Assembly: GCA_023137195.1 (NCBI GenBank) | Contig: JAGLPV010000001.1 | Location: forward strand, 1 to 64,000 | Reading direction: 5' to 3' | Source: Candidatus Aenigmatarchaeota archaeon | GTDB taxonomy: Archaea > EX4484-52 | Length of the DNA: 64,000 nt | Part shown: in pieces, positions 7,505 to 16,706 of the stretch | Layout: every line of letters starts with the position of its first letter | How positions within the stretch are numbered: position 1 is the stretch's first letter | Translations under genes and position numbers: made by a program | Notes under the pieces: generated by a model | What the model was told of the DNA's origin: nothing | Databases searched by the model: none | Seen by the model: the letters and a program-made list of their open reading frames with translations, nothing else

Positions 7505-9109
7505 ATGGTAATTTCAAAAGACATAATCAAACTCGTCAAAACATATAATAAAGCTAATCTCATAAACATATTGAACCATATACAGCAAAAAGAAGGTTTT
7601 TTATCTGAAAAGAATATTGAGTATATTTCCAAAGAACTATCCATGCCAATGGCTAGAATTTATGAAATGGCAAGTTTCTATTCTTTTTTCTCCTTTGAAA
7701 AAAAAGGAAAACATACAATCCGAATTTGCAACAGCCCTTCCTGCTACATGAACAATTCTGCCAATATATTAAAGGCAATAGAAAAGACAATAGGGCTAAA
7801 ATCAGGAGAGTATAATAACATATTTGATTTTGAAATTGCACAGTGCATTGGTTGCTGTGACGAATCACCCGCTATGCTTGTAGATGGTATCTCATACACA
7901 AAACTAACCAATGCAAAAGTCATAGAAATACTAAACAACATAAAATCAGGAAAAAAAACAAAGAGCATTAATTATACAGGAAAACCACCAGGAGAACACG
8001 CAATGAATATACTCCATAAAACAAACTTCATGTCATTGAAAAAAGCAAAATCAATGAGTCCTGAGAATATAATAAAAAAAGTAAAAAAGTCAGGGCTTAC
8101 AGGCAGGGGAGGGGCTGGTTTTTCTACTGGTCTGAAATGGGAATTTGTGAATAAGACAGGAAAAGAAGGCACATTAATATGCAATTTTGATGAAGGAGAA
8201 CCGGGAACATTCAAAGATAAATTTATTGTAATCAATAACACAGAAACATTAATAGAAGGAATTGCCATTGCTTCTTATGCATTGAAATGCAGGCATGCTT
8301 ATATTTATATGAGAGGAGAGTATGATTATCTCAAAGGCAAACTACAGGAGACAATAAACTCTTCAAAAAAAAATCTGGATGGTTTGGAGATAGAAATAAT
8401 CGAGGGAGCTGGTGCTTACATCTGCGGCGATGAGACAAGCATAATGAATTCTATTGAAGGCAAGGCAGGACACCCGAGACACAAGCCGCCATATCCTGCC
8501 CAGAGTGGATTATGGCAGACACCGACTGCAATAAACAATGTCGAAACACTAATCAACACAGCTCTTTTATTTTGTGAAGGATGGAACAATGATTCAAGAT
8601 TATTTTGCGTTTCAGGGGACGTTGAAGAGGGAGGAGTATTTGAAGAAAAGACAGGACTCTCATTTAAGGAACTTATTGGCAAGGCAAAGCCTAAGGAAAA
8701 AGTAAAAGCACTTTTCCTTGGGGCATCAGGTGGATGCATTCCATACGATGCAAATTCCTGTTTTGATTACGATAAAATAAAGCAAAAAGGAGCATCTCTT
8801 GGCTCGTGTACAATAATTGTTGTGGATAAGAATACAGGCATTGTAGAGTTATGCAAAAATATAACGGCTTTTTTTGTCCATGAAAGTTGTGGAAAATGTA
8901 CTCCATGTAGGGAAGGAAATTATCGGATACTGGAGTTGCTTGAAAAGATTACATCCGGCGAGGGAACAAAACAGGACTTGCTGTTGATTGAGGAATTGTG
9001 CGATTTTATTAAGACAACTTCTTTTTGTCCTTTGGGTCAGTCTTCATGTAATAACCTATCAGGGGCATTAAAATATTTTAGGAGAGAATTTGAGAGATTA
9101 TGCAAATAA
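7505..9109 (+). CDS. NuoE/HydC-NuoF/HydB fusion, diaphorase subunit of [FeFe]-hydrogenase
   Basis: N-term [2Fe-2S] CNSPSC...CIGCC. FMN/NADH motifs GLTGRGGAGF, CNFDEGEPGTFKD, GAGAYICGDET. [4Fe-4S] ESCGKCTPCREG...CPLG. Confidence 0.92.
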   Translation: MVISKDIIKLVKTYNKANLINILNHIQQKEGFLSEKNIEYISKELSMPMARIYEMASFYSFFSFEKKGKHTIRICNSPSCYMNNSANILKAIEKTIGLKSGEYNNIFDFEIAQCIGCCDESPAMLVDGISYTKLTNAKVIEILNNIKSGKKTKSINYTGKPPGEHAMNILHKTNFMSLKKAKSMSPENIIKKVKKSGLTGRGGAGFSTGLKWEFVNKTGKEGTLICNFDEGEPGTFKDKFIVINNTETLIEGIAIASYALKCRHAYIYMRGEYDYLKGKLQETINSSKKNLDGLEIEIIEGAGAYICGDETSIMNSIEGKAGHPRHKPPYPAQSGLWQTPTAINNVETLINTALLFCEGWNNDSRLFCVSGDVEEGGVFEEKTGLSFKELIGKAKPKEKVKALFLGASGGCIPYDANSCFDYDKIKQKGASLGSCTIIVVDKNTGIVELCKNITAFFVHESCGKCTPCREGNYRILELLEKITSGEGTKQDLLLIEELCDFIKTTSFCPLGQSSCNNLSGALKYFRREFERLCK

Positions 9110-10788
9110 TAATTGATGGAAGGGAACTTAGGGCAAAGTTGGGAGAGACTATATTGGAAGTAGCCTTAAAGAATGGAATCAATATCCCTCATCTTTGTTA
9201 TGATCCTGACCTGCCGCCGGAGGGAAATTGTAGGATGTGCATCTGTGAAGTTAATGGTAATGTAATGACGACATGCAATACTGTAGTTGAGAACAACATG
9301 ATTGTCGAGACAGAGACAAAGAGGATTAACGAATTAAGGAAAATAAATATCGAGCTTCTTTTGTCTAAGCACAAGGCAGAAGAATCTTCTCATCCCAATC
9401 AATTACTGGATTTGAAAAAAAAACACAGGATTGAAAACAATGGTCGGTTTGAAAAAAAACACAAAAACAAAAAAGATAAATCCTCTTATTCTATAGTTCG
9501 GGATGATTCCAAGTGTATATTATGTGGGAGATGCATAAATAAATGCAGTCAAACACAGGCAGTCAATGCAATTTGTTTTGTAGGTAGGGGAAAAGATATA
9601 AAAGTAGGTACAGCATTTGAACATGCTCTGTCCGAGACAGCATGTGTCGATTGTGGACAATGTGTAATGACTTGTCCTTCAGGAGCGCTCAGGGAAGTGG
9701 ACGATATCGCAGGGGTTAAAGAAGCAATTGACAACAAGTCAAAATACGTTGTTGTGCAAACTGCGCCAGCCATAAGGGTCTCTATTGGAGAGGAGTTTGG
9801 TCTGCCGGTAGGGACAATTGTTACAAAAAAACTGGTTTCTGCTTTGAGAAAGACAGGTTTTGACAAGGTTTTTGATACAGATTTTGGAGCGGATTTGACT
9901 ATTGTTGAAGAGGCATCTGAGTTTATTGCGAGGGCAACAAGTGGCGGCGTTCTGCCCATGTTTACATCCTGCTGTCCTGCATGGGTCAAATATGTAGAGC
10001 ATTTTTATCCGGAGTTTATACCTAATCTTTCCTCGTGCAAATCTCCTCACCAGATGGTTGGGGCCGTAACAAAAACATATTATGCAAAAAAGCTAAAATT
10101 AAACCCAAAAGATATTGTAGTAGTAAGCATTATGCCATGCACTGCAAAGAAATTTGAATGCAAAAGACCGGAGATGAAATCAGATGGCTTTGTAGATGTT
10201 GATTTTGTATTAACTACAAGAGAAGCTGCGCGATTCATAAAACAAGAAGGCGTTGATTTAATCGGGGCGAATGAGGAAGAATACGACAATCCTTTAGGGG
10301 AATCCACTGGTGCCGGTGTTATTTTTGGTGCGACAGGAGGAGTGATGGAGGCAGCATTGAGGACAGCTTATGAATACGTCACAGGAAAAGGAGTGACTGA
10401 TCTTGAATTCAACCAGATAAGAGGTTTGCCGGGCATTAAAGAAGGTAGCATTACAATGAAGGGTACTGAGTATAATTTTGCTGTGGTGCACGGTCTTGCA
10501 AATGCAAAAGTGTTGATGGAAGAGATAAAGGCAGGAAAAAGCAAATATCATTTTATTGAAGTTATGGCATGTCCGGGGGGGTGTATTGGTGGTGGTGGTC
10601 AGCCCATTCCGACAAACGATCAGATAAGGAAGAAAAGGATAGAAGCACTGTATCGTGAAGACAGGAACCTGCCATTTAGAAAGTCACATGAGAATCCATC
10701 AATAAAGAAATTGTATGATGAATTTTTGAAAAAACCATTGGGGAAAAAATCCCACCAGTTATTGCATACAAAATATACCAAAAGATAA
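9100..10788 (+). CDS. hydA: [FeFe]-hydrogenase catalytic subunit, group A
   Basis: H-cluster motifs L1 TSCCPAW, L2 MPCTAKKFE, L3 EVMACPGGCIGGGGQP. N-term [2Fe-2S] and 2x[4Fe-4S] (CILCGRC, CVDCGQC...CP). C-term small-subunit region SHENP...LLHT. Confidence 0.97.
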   Translation: MQIIIDGRELRAKLGETILEVALKNGINIPHLCYDPDLPPEGNCRMCICEVNGNVMTTCNTVVENNMIVETETKRINELRKINIELLLSKHKAEESSHPNQLLDLKKKHRIENNGRFEKKHKNKKDKSSYSIVRDDSKCILCGRCINKCSQTQAVNAICFVGRGKDIKVGTAFEHALSETACVDCGQCVMTCPSGALREVDDIAGVKEAIDNKSKYVVVQTAPAIRVSIGEEFGLPVGTIVTKKLVSALRKTGFDKVFDTDFGADLTIVEEASEFIARATSGGVLPMFTSCCPAWVKYVEHFYPEFIPNLSSCKSPHQMVGAVTKTYYAKKLKLNPKDIVVVSIMPCTAKKFECKRPEMKSDGFVDVDFVLTTREAARFIKQEGVDLIGANEEEYDNPLGESTGAGVIFGATGGVMEAALRTAYEYVTGKGVTDLEFNQIRGLPGIKEGSITMKGTEYNFAVVHGLANAKVLMEEIKAGKSKYHFIEVMACPGGCIGGGGQPIPTNDQIRKKRIEALYREDRNLPFRKSHENPSIKKLYDEFLKKPLGKKSHQLLHTKYTKR

Positions 10789-10791
10789 TTT

Positions 10792-12354
10792 TTACAATAG
10801 AGTAAAAAACAACAAGCAGAGCATCATAAAAATAACAGAAAATAAAAGCACTTCTCCAAACAAGCCGATTTTTATTGTATCTAATTTATCCGGAGCAAGC
10901 TCTTTGAGCAGTTTTGTAGCGGTTGTATGAGTTTTCCATGTAGAATATAGGATTGAGAGGGGAATTATATAGAGTGAGATAAAGAATAAGAATGCAATTG
11001 GATCATAAAATGGAGGAGCTCCTGCGCTTATTGTGAGAGAGAAAACAAAAAGCAAAAATGCCAACACTATGGCGCAAACAATGCAATTAGCAAAAAATAC
11101 ACTCTTGCTGAGTACTTTTATTTCTTTAGTGTCCTTATCATCTTTGCTGAATTTATTCAAAGCTACAAAATATCCTATTATGCTAAATACATTGAATAAT
11201 CCGGTTTTTAAGTATGTTTTCTTGTCTTTTTTAAATATAAGTGCAACCGCCAACGAGGAAATGCATGAAATCAGGAGGAATAGGATTATGCATGATAAAA
11301 AGAGGTGTTCATAGACAAAATTATAGCCTGTGATCGATAGGGGCGGAACTTTGCTTATGATTAAATCTTTCTGGAGGTATTTTGAAGGAGGATTCATTGT
11401 AATCAAAGTGTATTTTTCAAAAGAGGCACCTCTAAATAGATCATCTTCATCGCTTGTTATTGTTGGCTTTACTTTGCCGTCAACATAATAATTGACCTCT
11501 GTGTATTGCTTTATTTTTGAGTATATTTTTGGATTTACATATCCGTCAACATAAATTTTTGTCGGGATGCGGTGGCTTTCATAGACACTTGTCAGGACAA
11601 GAGGGTAGTAAAGAGCTTTGGAAGGGAAAGTAGTATATACTGCAGCAGAGCCGCTGAACTGCTTTTTGTCTGTAATTTCAGTTATTACGAAAGAAAAGTC
11701 GCCCCCTACATAGTAGTTTAGTATTTTTCTTGATGTGACAGGCATATCCAGTCCTTTTGAATCCAGAAAATTATAAAGAGAAGTGCCGTCTTCTGCGGTT
11801 ATCAACTGGCTTGTCAGCCCGTATTTTTCATGGGTTTCATGTATTGTGATTCCTTGTGGAGCATATCTTTCATTTGAAGAGCCCAGGCTATCCATCATAT
11901 GCGCTGATTTGACCATGCCTGTTGACATATATCCGCCTCCGGATAAAAAATAAAATGGAGCGGGCCATATCTGTGAATTGTAAAACCACCATCTCTTTTC
12001 TTTTAGATTATCCTTTGCCTTGTCAGATAGTTTTGTTCCTGTATTATATCTGTCTTTTAATTTTATCGACTCAATATGCCCGATTACAACATCTTCGGGC
12101 AGGGCAGGAACAGGCAAAATCCAGATAAGGTTTGTCAATTCTCCGATTTTTTCATCTGTTGCAACTCTTACAAGCAGGTTTTCATAATTATTTTCATGGG
12201 ATATAAATGCAAGTTGTTCTGTTTCTTTTGCAAGAGACGTGTATTGGGGCTGATGTGGTTGGTAATGCCACATCCCTCCGTCGCAAAAAACAACAGAGGA
12301 CAGCAGAGCTAAGAAAAATAAGAATATTATTGTAGTGTATGTTTTATTAAACAT
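10792..12354 (-). CDS. DUF2330-like exported/membrane protein
   Basis: Signal peptide from MFNKTY, EQLAFISHEN...WILPVPALP region and several C-terminal TM helices. Start moved from 12438 to avoid overlap. Confidence 0.55.
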   Translation of the reverse strand: MFNKTYTTIIFLFFLALLSSVVFCDGGMWHYQPHQPQYTSLAKETEQLAFISHENNYENLLVRVATDEKIGELTNLIWILPVPALPEDVVIGHIESIKLKDRYNTGTKLSDKAKDNLKEKRWWFYNSQIWPAPFYFLSGGGYMSTGMVKSAHMMDSLGSSNERYAPQGITIHETHEKYGLTSQLITAEDGTSLYNFLDSKGLDMPVTSRKILNYYVGGDFSFVITEITDKKQFSGSAAVYTTFPSKALYYPLVLTSVYESHRIPTKIYVDGYVNPKIYSKIKQYTEVNYYVDGKVKPTITSDEDDLFRGASFEKYTLITMNPPSKYLQKDLIISKVPPLSITGYNFVYEHLFLSCIILFLLISCISSLAVALIFKKDKKTYLKTGLFNVFSIIGYFVALNKFSKDDKDTKEIKVLSKSVFFANCIVCAIVLAFLLFVFSLTISAGAPPFYDPIAFLFFISLYIIPLSILYSTWKTHTTATKLLKELAPDKLDTIKIGLFGEVLLFSVIFMMLCLLFFTLL

Positions 12355-12403
12355 ATAATATAATAGAAAGAAAGAATTAAATACTTTGTGGAGTATTACG
12401 GAT

Positions 12404-12859
12404 ATGAGAGAGAATAGAAAAGGAGCGGTTGCCATCATAGAGCTTATGATAATATTTGCAATAGGTATCGTTTTATTGACTTCAATGACTTTTTCTTACA
12501 GGCAGATGTCAAACAACATCTGGGAAGATGCAAAGGACAGGCAATTTGAGGTAGTTGCAAATTATATAGATTCGTGTTTTTCTATCCTAACAGAACAGAA
12601 CAAGAATATGAATTATGCGCCGACTGTTCAAAAGATAGAACTTATGATGATTGATGTGCCGGAAACTTATTATTCTATTCGGGGAAGGGGAAACAACAAT
12701 GTTACTATAACAAACAAAGAAGGAGAGATAAAAATATTAGAATACCCTTCAAATAACAAGATAAGTGGTTTTGCGACCAGTCACAACAAGAATATAATAC
12801 TTACTGCATACACTAATGATACAAAATACAATATTGTTGAAATAAGAGGCAGGGACTAA
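12404..12859 (+). CDS. Archaeal type IV pilin-like protein (class III signal peptide)
   Basis: MRENRKGA|VAIIELMIIFAIGIVLL: basic leader, KGA cleavage motif, E+5 and a hydrophobic helix. Confidence 0.65.
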   Translation: MRENRKGAVAIIELMIIFAIGIVLLTSMTFSYRQMSNNIWEDAKDRQFEVVANYIDSCFSILTEQNKNMNYAPTVQKIELMMIDVPETYYSIRGRGNNNVTITNKEGEIKILEYPSNNKISGFATSHNKNIILTAYTNDTKYNIVEIRGRD

Positions 12860-14445
12860 TTTTTTTGTTTTTTTTCATTGAATATTTCTTTTGCAATTTT
12901 CATAGAGTCATTGAATTCAGAGGATATAATTTTGTGCTTTGCAAAAAGAGCCATGTCGATAGTTTCAAGGCATTTTTTCGTTTTTGTTTTGAGTTTTTTG
13001 TCTTTTATCGTTTTTAGTATATCTGTGGTTGTCATTTTTTTTAGTTCATCCAAACTGCCCGAATCTGTTTTGTGTTTAAACATAAGTTTTACTCCAAAAG
13101 AAAGTTCCTGGCATGCGCCTTTTTTCTTTTCTTCTTCAAATAGGGCCTGTGCATTAGCAAAATGTTTTTTGACATTTTTTTTCCAGTTGTATTTTATTTC
13201 TCCTCTTTTTCCCACAACAACAGGTATTGTTTTGTTCATTGTTTTTTTCCTGTAGTATAAATAAGATAAGGATGCAGCCAATAATAGTATTAATAACCAG
13301 AGTGTGTTTCGATTGCGTTTTTCTTCTATTTCTTCCTCTAAGTTTATGGAGGTGATATTTCCCTCTAAATCTGCATTTCCAATAATGCTTTTGGTCTGGT
13401 TCATTTGGTTGGTATAAGTGTAATTGAAATCCAGGTTTTTGCCGGCAAAGTCAGGAGAGAATTCTTTTTTTTGCATTTGGAAACCCTCTTTTTCCAGCTG
13501 GTTTTCCATGTTCCGGAATTTTTTGTTTTGCTCGATATTTTGCATTGCATTGTTCATTTCTTCTTTCCCGAATTTATTTGTCGAGACAGAGTTGTTTTTT
13601 ACATCACCATAAAGATGTTCGCTGTTGTTGTCTTTATCCTTGAATTCATAACTGAAATTGCCATTATTCTCGTCATTGGGCATAATATTTTCCTGTGTTT
13701 TTTCAAATCCTTTTTCCTTCATCTCTTCTGCCTGTTGTTTGAAGGAGTCGCTTTCTTCAATTTTTTTCTCTAATTCCTGTTTTTGTTTTTGGAGTTTTTC
13801 TGCCTGTTCCTGCATTTCTTTTTTCATTGAGTCGAGTGTCTGGGCGTTGTTTTGATTCATCTGGTTCATCTTCTCATTCTGCTTGTTTTTTTCTTCTTCG
13901 GTCTGCTGTTGGGGTTGTTGGTTCTGCTGGCTTTGTTGACTGGAGGATGAAGAGGAAAAAGAAGTGCTTTCTCTGGACGTTCCATTGCATTTATATATTT
14001 TTTTTAATTGATTTGGATTTCCTGCTACTTTTTCTCCATTGACGGAGAGTTCAACAATATTGGAGAAGACTTCATCTTCTTTTTTAGTTTCCGGGTTGGT
14101 GTAGGTTATTTTTGCTTTGTCAAGTTTATATTTTCCCGGTTCATAGAGGTCGAGGGGAGAATAGACGACATTTATCTTTGTTTTTTTCGGGATGGTGTAT
14201 TCTGCGCATTCGATGTGTATTCCATTGTCGGACAGGATGTTTTTGTCTTCCAGCTGGATTTTTACATCCTCATCAAATACATTGTCGATTTCTATAGTAA
14301 GATATATCTTTTGGTCTGTGCTGAATGTAGTCTGGTTTGTTTTTTTCTCAATGTTCATTTGCATGGCAAAGCAGGGCAGTGTGATGAATGAAGTGAAAAG
14401 ACAAAAGACAACAATAAACCAGCAAATGCGTGCGCTTTGTTTCAT
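12856..14445 (-). CDS. Hypothetical membrane-anchored surface protein (Ig-like N-domain, Q-rich linker, coiled coil, TM)
   Basis: 529-aa ORF with signal peptide, S/Q-rich linker and TM LWLLILLLAASLSYLYY. Confidence 0.7.
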   Translation of the reverse strand: MKQSARICWFIVVFCLFTSFITLPCFAMQMNIEKKTNQTTFSTDQKIYLTIEIDNVFDEDVKIQLEDKNILSDNGIHIECAEYTIPKKTKINVVYSPLDLYEPGKYKLDKAKITYTNPETKKEDEVFSNIVELSVNGEKVAGNPNQLKKIYKCNGTSRESTSFSSSSSSQQSQQNQQPQQQTEEEKNKQNEKMNQMNQNNAQTLDSMKKEMQEQAEKLQKQKQELEKKIEESDSFKQQAEEMKEKGFEKTQENIMPNDENNGNFSYEFKDKDNNSEHLYGDVKNNSVSTNKFGKEEMNNAMQNIEQNKKFRNMENQLEKEGFQMQKKEFSPDFAGKNLDFNYTYTNQMNQTKSIIGNADLEGNITSINLEEEIEEKRNRNTLWLLILLLAASLSYLYYRKKTMNKTIPVVVGKRGEIKYNWKKNVKKHFANAQALFEEEKKKGACQELSFGVKLMFKHKTDSGSLDELKKMTTTDILKTIKDKKLKTKTKKCLETIDMALFAKHKIISSEFNDSMKIAKEIFNEKKQKN

Positions 14446-14491
14446 AAAGAAAATAAGTAAAAAAGTTTAAATTTTAATCTTTTATTTCCTC

Positions 14492-15652
14492 TTATTTCAA
14501 AAAATCATTGATTTTTCCCAATGTTTTCTGGATTTGTCCTTTTGCATAAGGAGATTTGCTTTCACCTAAGGATTTTGATAGTTCTAAATCTTTTGTAATG
14601 CTCACAATCTTACTTTTTGATTCGTCGTTTAGTACACCCATTTCTTTTAATTCAGATACCCTGTTTATTAATTTTTTCATTGCATTGTTTAATTCTGTGG
14701 TTTGTATGTTATAAATTGTTTTTTTATTTTCTTGCGGTTCAATTTCTTCTTTTTGAGAATATTCCGGTTCGATGTTTTTTTCTTCGTCGAAATCTTCCGG
14801 TGCATCTTCAAACATATTTTTTGGTGGATTTTCGGCTGGTTCATAGGAGTTGGATTTATCCGGATATTCTTTTTCAGACGGAGGTTCTGGTTCAACAATG
14901 TCTTCTTTATCGAACTGTTCTTCCGGTACTATCTGGTTATTTTCTTCAATATCTTCGGCAGGTTCATATAAGTCTTCTTCTTTTTTGTCGGCGTTAATTT
15001 CTTCAGTCATGTCATCGTTGTATGGGGGGTTGGTTGGTTCTATATTTTCCTGTTCATCATCAATGTTTTCTGTGGGTTCTTTAGGTATTGTTTCCTCTTT
15101 GTCTTCAATAGGTTTCTTTCTTTCTGTTTCTTTTACAATATTATCAGAAAGACCAGAGACAGAGGGACTAAAATCGTCGTTGTTTAGGTTTTCTGCTTTA
15201 TTCAATAATGCATCAAGTTCTTTTGTTTCATGATGTTTGTTTGTTTTTTTATTTTTATACAAGAACAATCCTGCGGCACCACCAATAGTGGCGGTGACAA
15301 GAATAAGAACAACATAAAGTAGGAGGTTACTTTTTCCTTTTTCCTCATCATTGTCTTCTTCTGCATAGATATTATATGAATCAAGCAACACATTCTGTTG
15401 TATAGTCAATGGTTTTTTTTGTTCGGTGTGTTTTATTTGAGGCAATACATCATTTGGGCGGTCGGGATATTGCTGAACTTCCGTTCCAGTATTGTTTAGA
15501 TAGGATGGCGTTATTGTTGCAGGGCAATCGGTCGTTGATGCAAAAGAAAGCAAGCACAGGATAAATGTCATGGACAGGAACGCTGACAATAAAAATGCAT
15601 TTTTATGCACAGATATTGATTTCATTCTTCTTAAATATGTTTTTACATTCAT
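14492..15652 (-). CDS. Hypothetical membrane protein with acidic, Pro-rich low-complexity region
   Basis: 386-aa ORF with two hydrophobic segments and E/D/P-rich imperfect repeats (YEPAE, NIEP). Confidence 0.7.
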   Translation of the reverse strand: MNVKTYLRRMKSISVHKNAFLLSAFLSMTFILCLLSFASTTDCPATITPSYLNNTGTEVQQYPDRPNDVLPQIKHTEQKKPLTIQQNVLLDSYNIYAEEDNDEEKGKSNLLLYVVLILVTATIGGAAGLFLYKNKKTNKHHETKELDALLNKAENLNNDDFSPSVSGLSDNIVKETERKKPIEDKEETIPKEPTENIDDEQENIEPTNPPYNDDMTEEINADKKEEDLYEPAEDIEENNQIVPEEQFDKEDIVEPEPPSEKEYPDKSNSYEPAENPPKNMFEDAPEDFDEEKNIEPEYSQKEEIEPQENKKTIYNIQTTELNNAMKKLINRVSELKEMGVLNDESKSKIVSITKDLELSKSLGESKSPYAKGQIQKTLGKINDFLK

Positions 15653-15817
15653 AATACATTAAATTGTATTTGTTGTTGGTGTGCCGGGGAGGCAATCGCA
15701 TGGATTTTTATGAGATAGTAAGGATGTATATTTACTAACAGGATTTTTTATTATATATTATGTTTACTATTTAAAATCTTTTATAGTTTGGTAAATAATA
15801 CATATTCTCCTTAATTT

Positions 15818-16642
15818 TTATAATATTGGCGTAATCCATACTTCGATAAATCCAGATATGAATACGAGAAGAAGAGATGCGCAAAATAGCACAAAAGCGT
15901 CTTTCATTATGATTTTGTCATGTTTTCCTTTTATTATCCCGATGGACAATATTCCTCCTGCTATTCCTGCAACAAAATATGCCAATGCTTCAGGTACTCC
16001 GTGGAAACATATGGAGGTCAGTGCAAGAGTATGAGCCATTCCGGGGATTCCAAGGTGACCTATTTCGACAGCCATCTGGCTTACGAAGACGCCAATGACC
16101 GAGGCATTCCAGAATATTATGAAGAGTGCTCCTGACCCGAAAACAAAAGAGAAGATAAAGGCAATTGTCATGACCTTGAAATTGTTTTTTGTAATTAGAG
16201 TAAATGAATTGAATTGACCTGCTATGGCATTGCCCGTAGCTGATCCGGGACCATCTGATCGGATGAAGTCTATTGTTTCAATCTGGCGGGTAAACAGGAC
16301 AGATGTCTTGTCGGAGGGAAGCACACTATGCCAGAAAGAAACCGCCACAAGACAACCAAGGAATAGAAAAAAATATACTTTTATTACTCTTTCATTTCTT
16401 TTCATGAAACTCATATCAATATCCGGGTGTTTTTCGTCTTCTTCTTCGTCTTCTTTCAATTCATTATAGACCATCTGGGCTGAAGAAAGGGTAATCAAAA
16501 ACAAGAATATAACAGATGCGCTTTGAGGGAATATGAAATAAGCGACAAATAAAGAGACGCTCGAGAGAATAAGAGAATAGATGAAAACAAGAGTGGCTTT
16601 TTTTTCTGCGACCTTGTAATTAAGAATATTCTCGAATACCAT
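15818..16642 (-). CDS. SpoIIM/DUF95 family membrane protein
   Basis: Multi-TM with NNFKV...WNASVIG...HGVPE...GFIEVW motifs. Confidence 0.85.
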   Translation of the reverse strand: MVFENILNYKVAEKKATLVFIYSLILSSVSLFVAYFIFPQSASVIFLFLITLSSAQMVYNELKEDEEEDEKHPDIDMSFMKRNERVIKVYFFLFLGCLVAVSFWHSVLPSDKTSVLFTRQIETIDFIRSDGPGSATGNAIAGQFNSFTLITKNNFKVMTIAFIFSFVFGSGALFIIFWNASVIGVFVSQMAVEIGHLGIPGMAHTLALTSICFHGVPEALAYFVAGIAGGILSIGIIKGKHDKIIMKDAFVLFCASLLLVFISGFIEVWITPIL

Positions 16643-16706
16643 ATAATATTATGATAGATAACAGCTTAAATATTTATATGTTCTTAAATTTATTTAATTT
16701 ATTATT

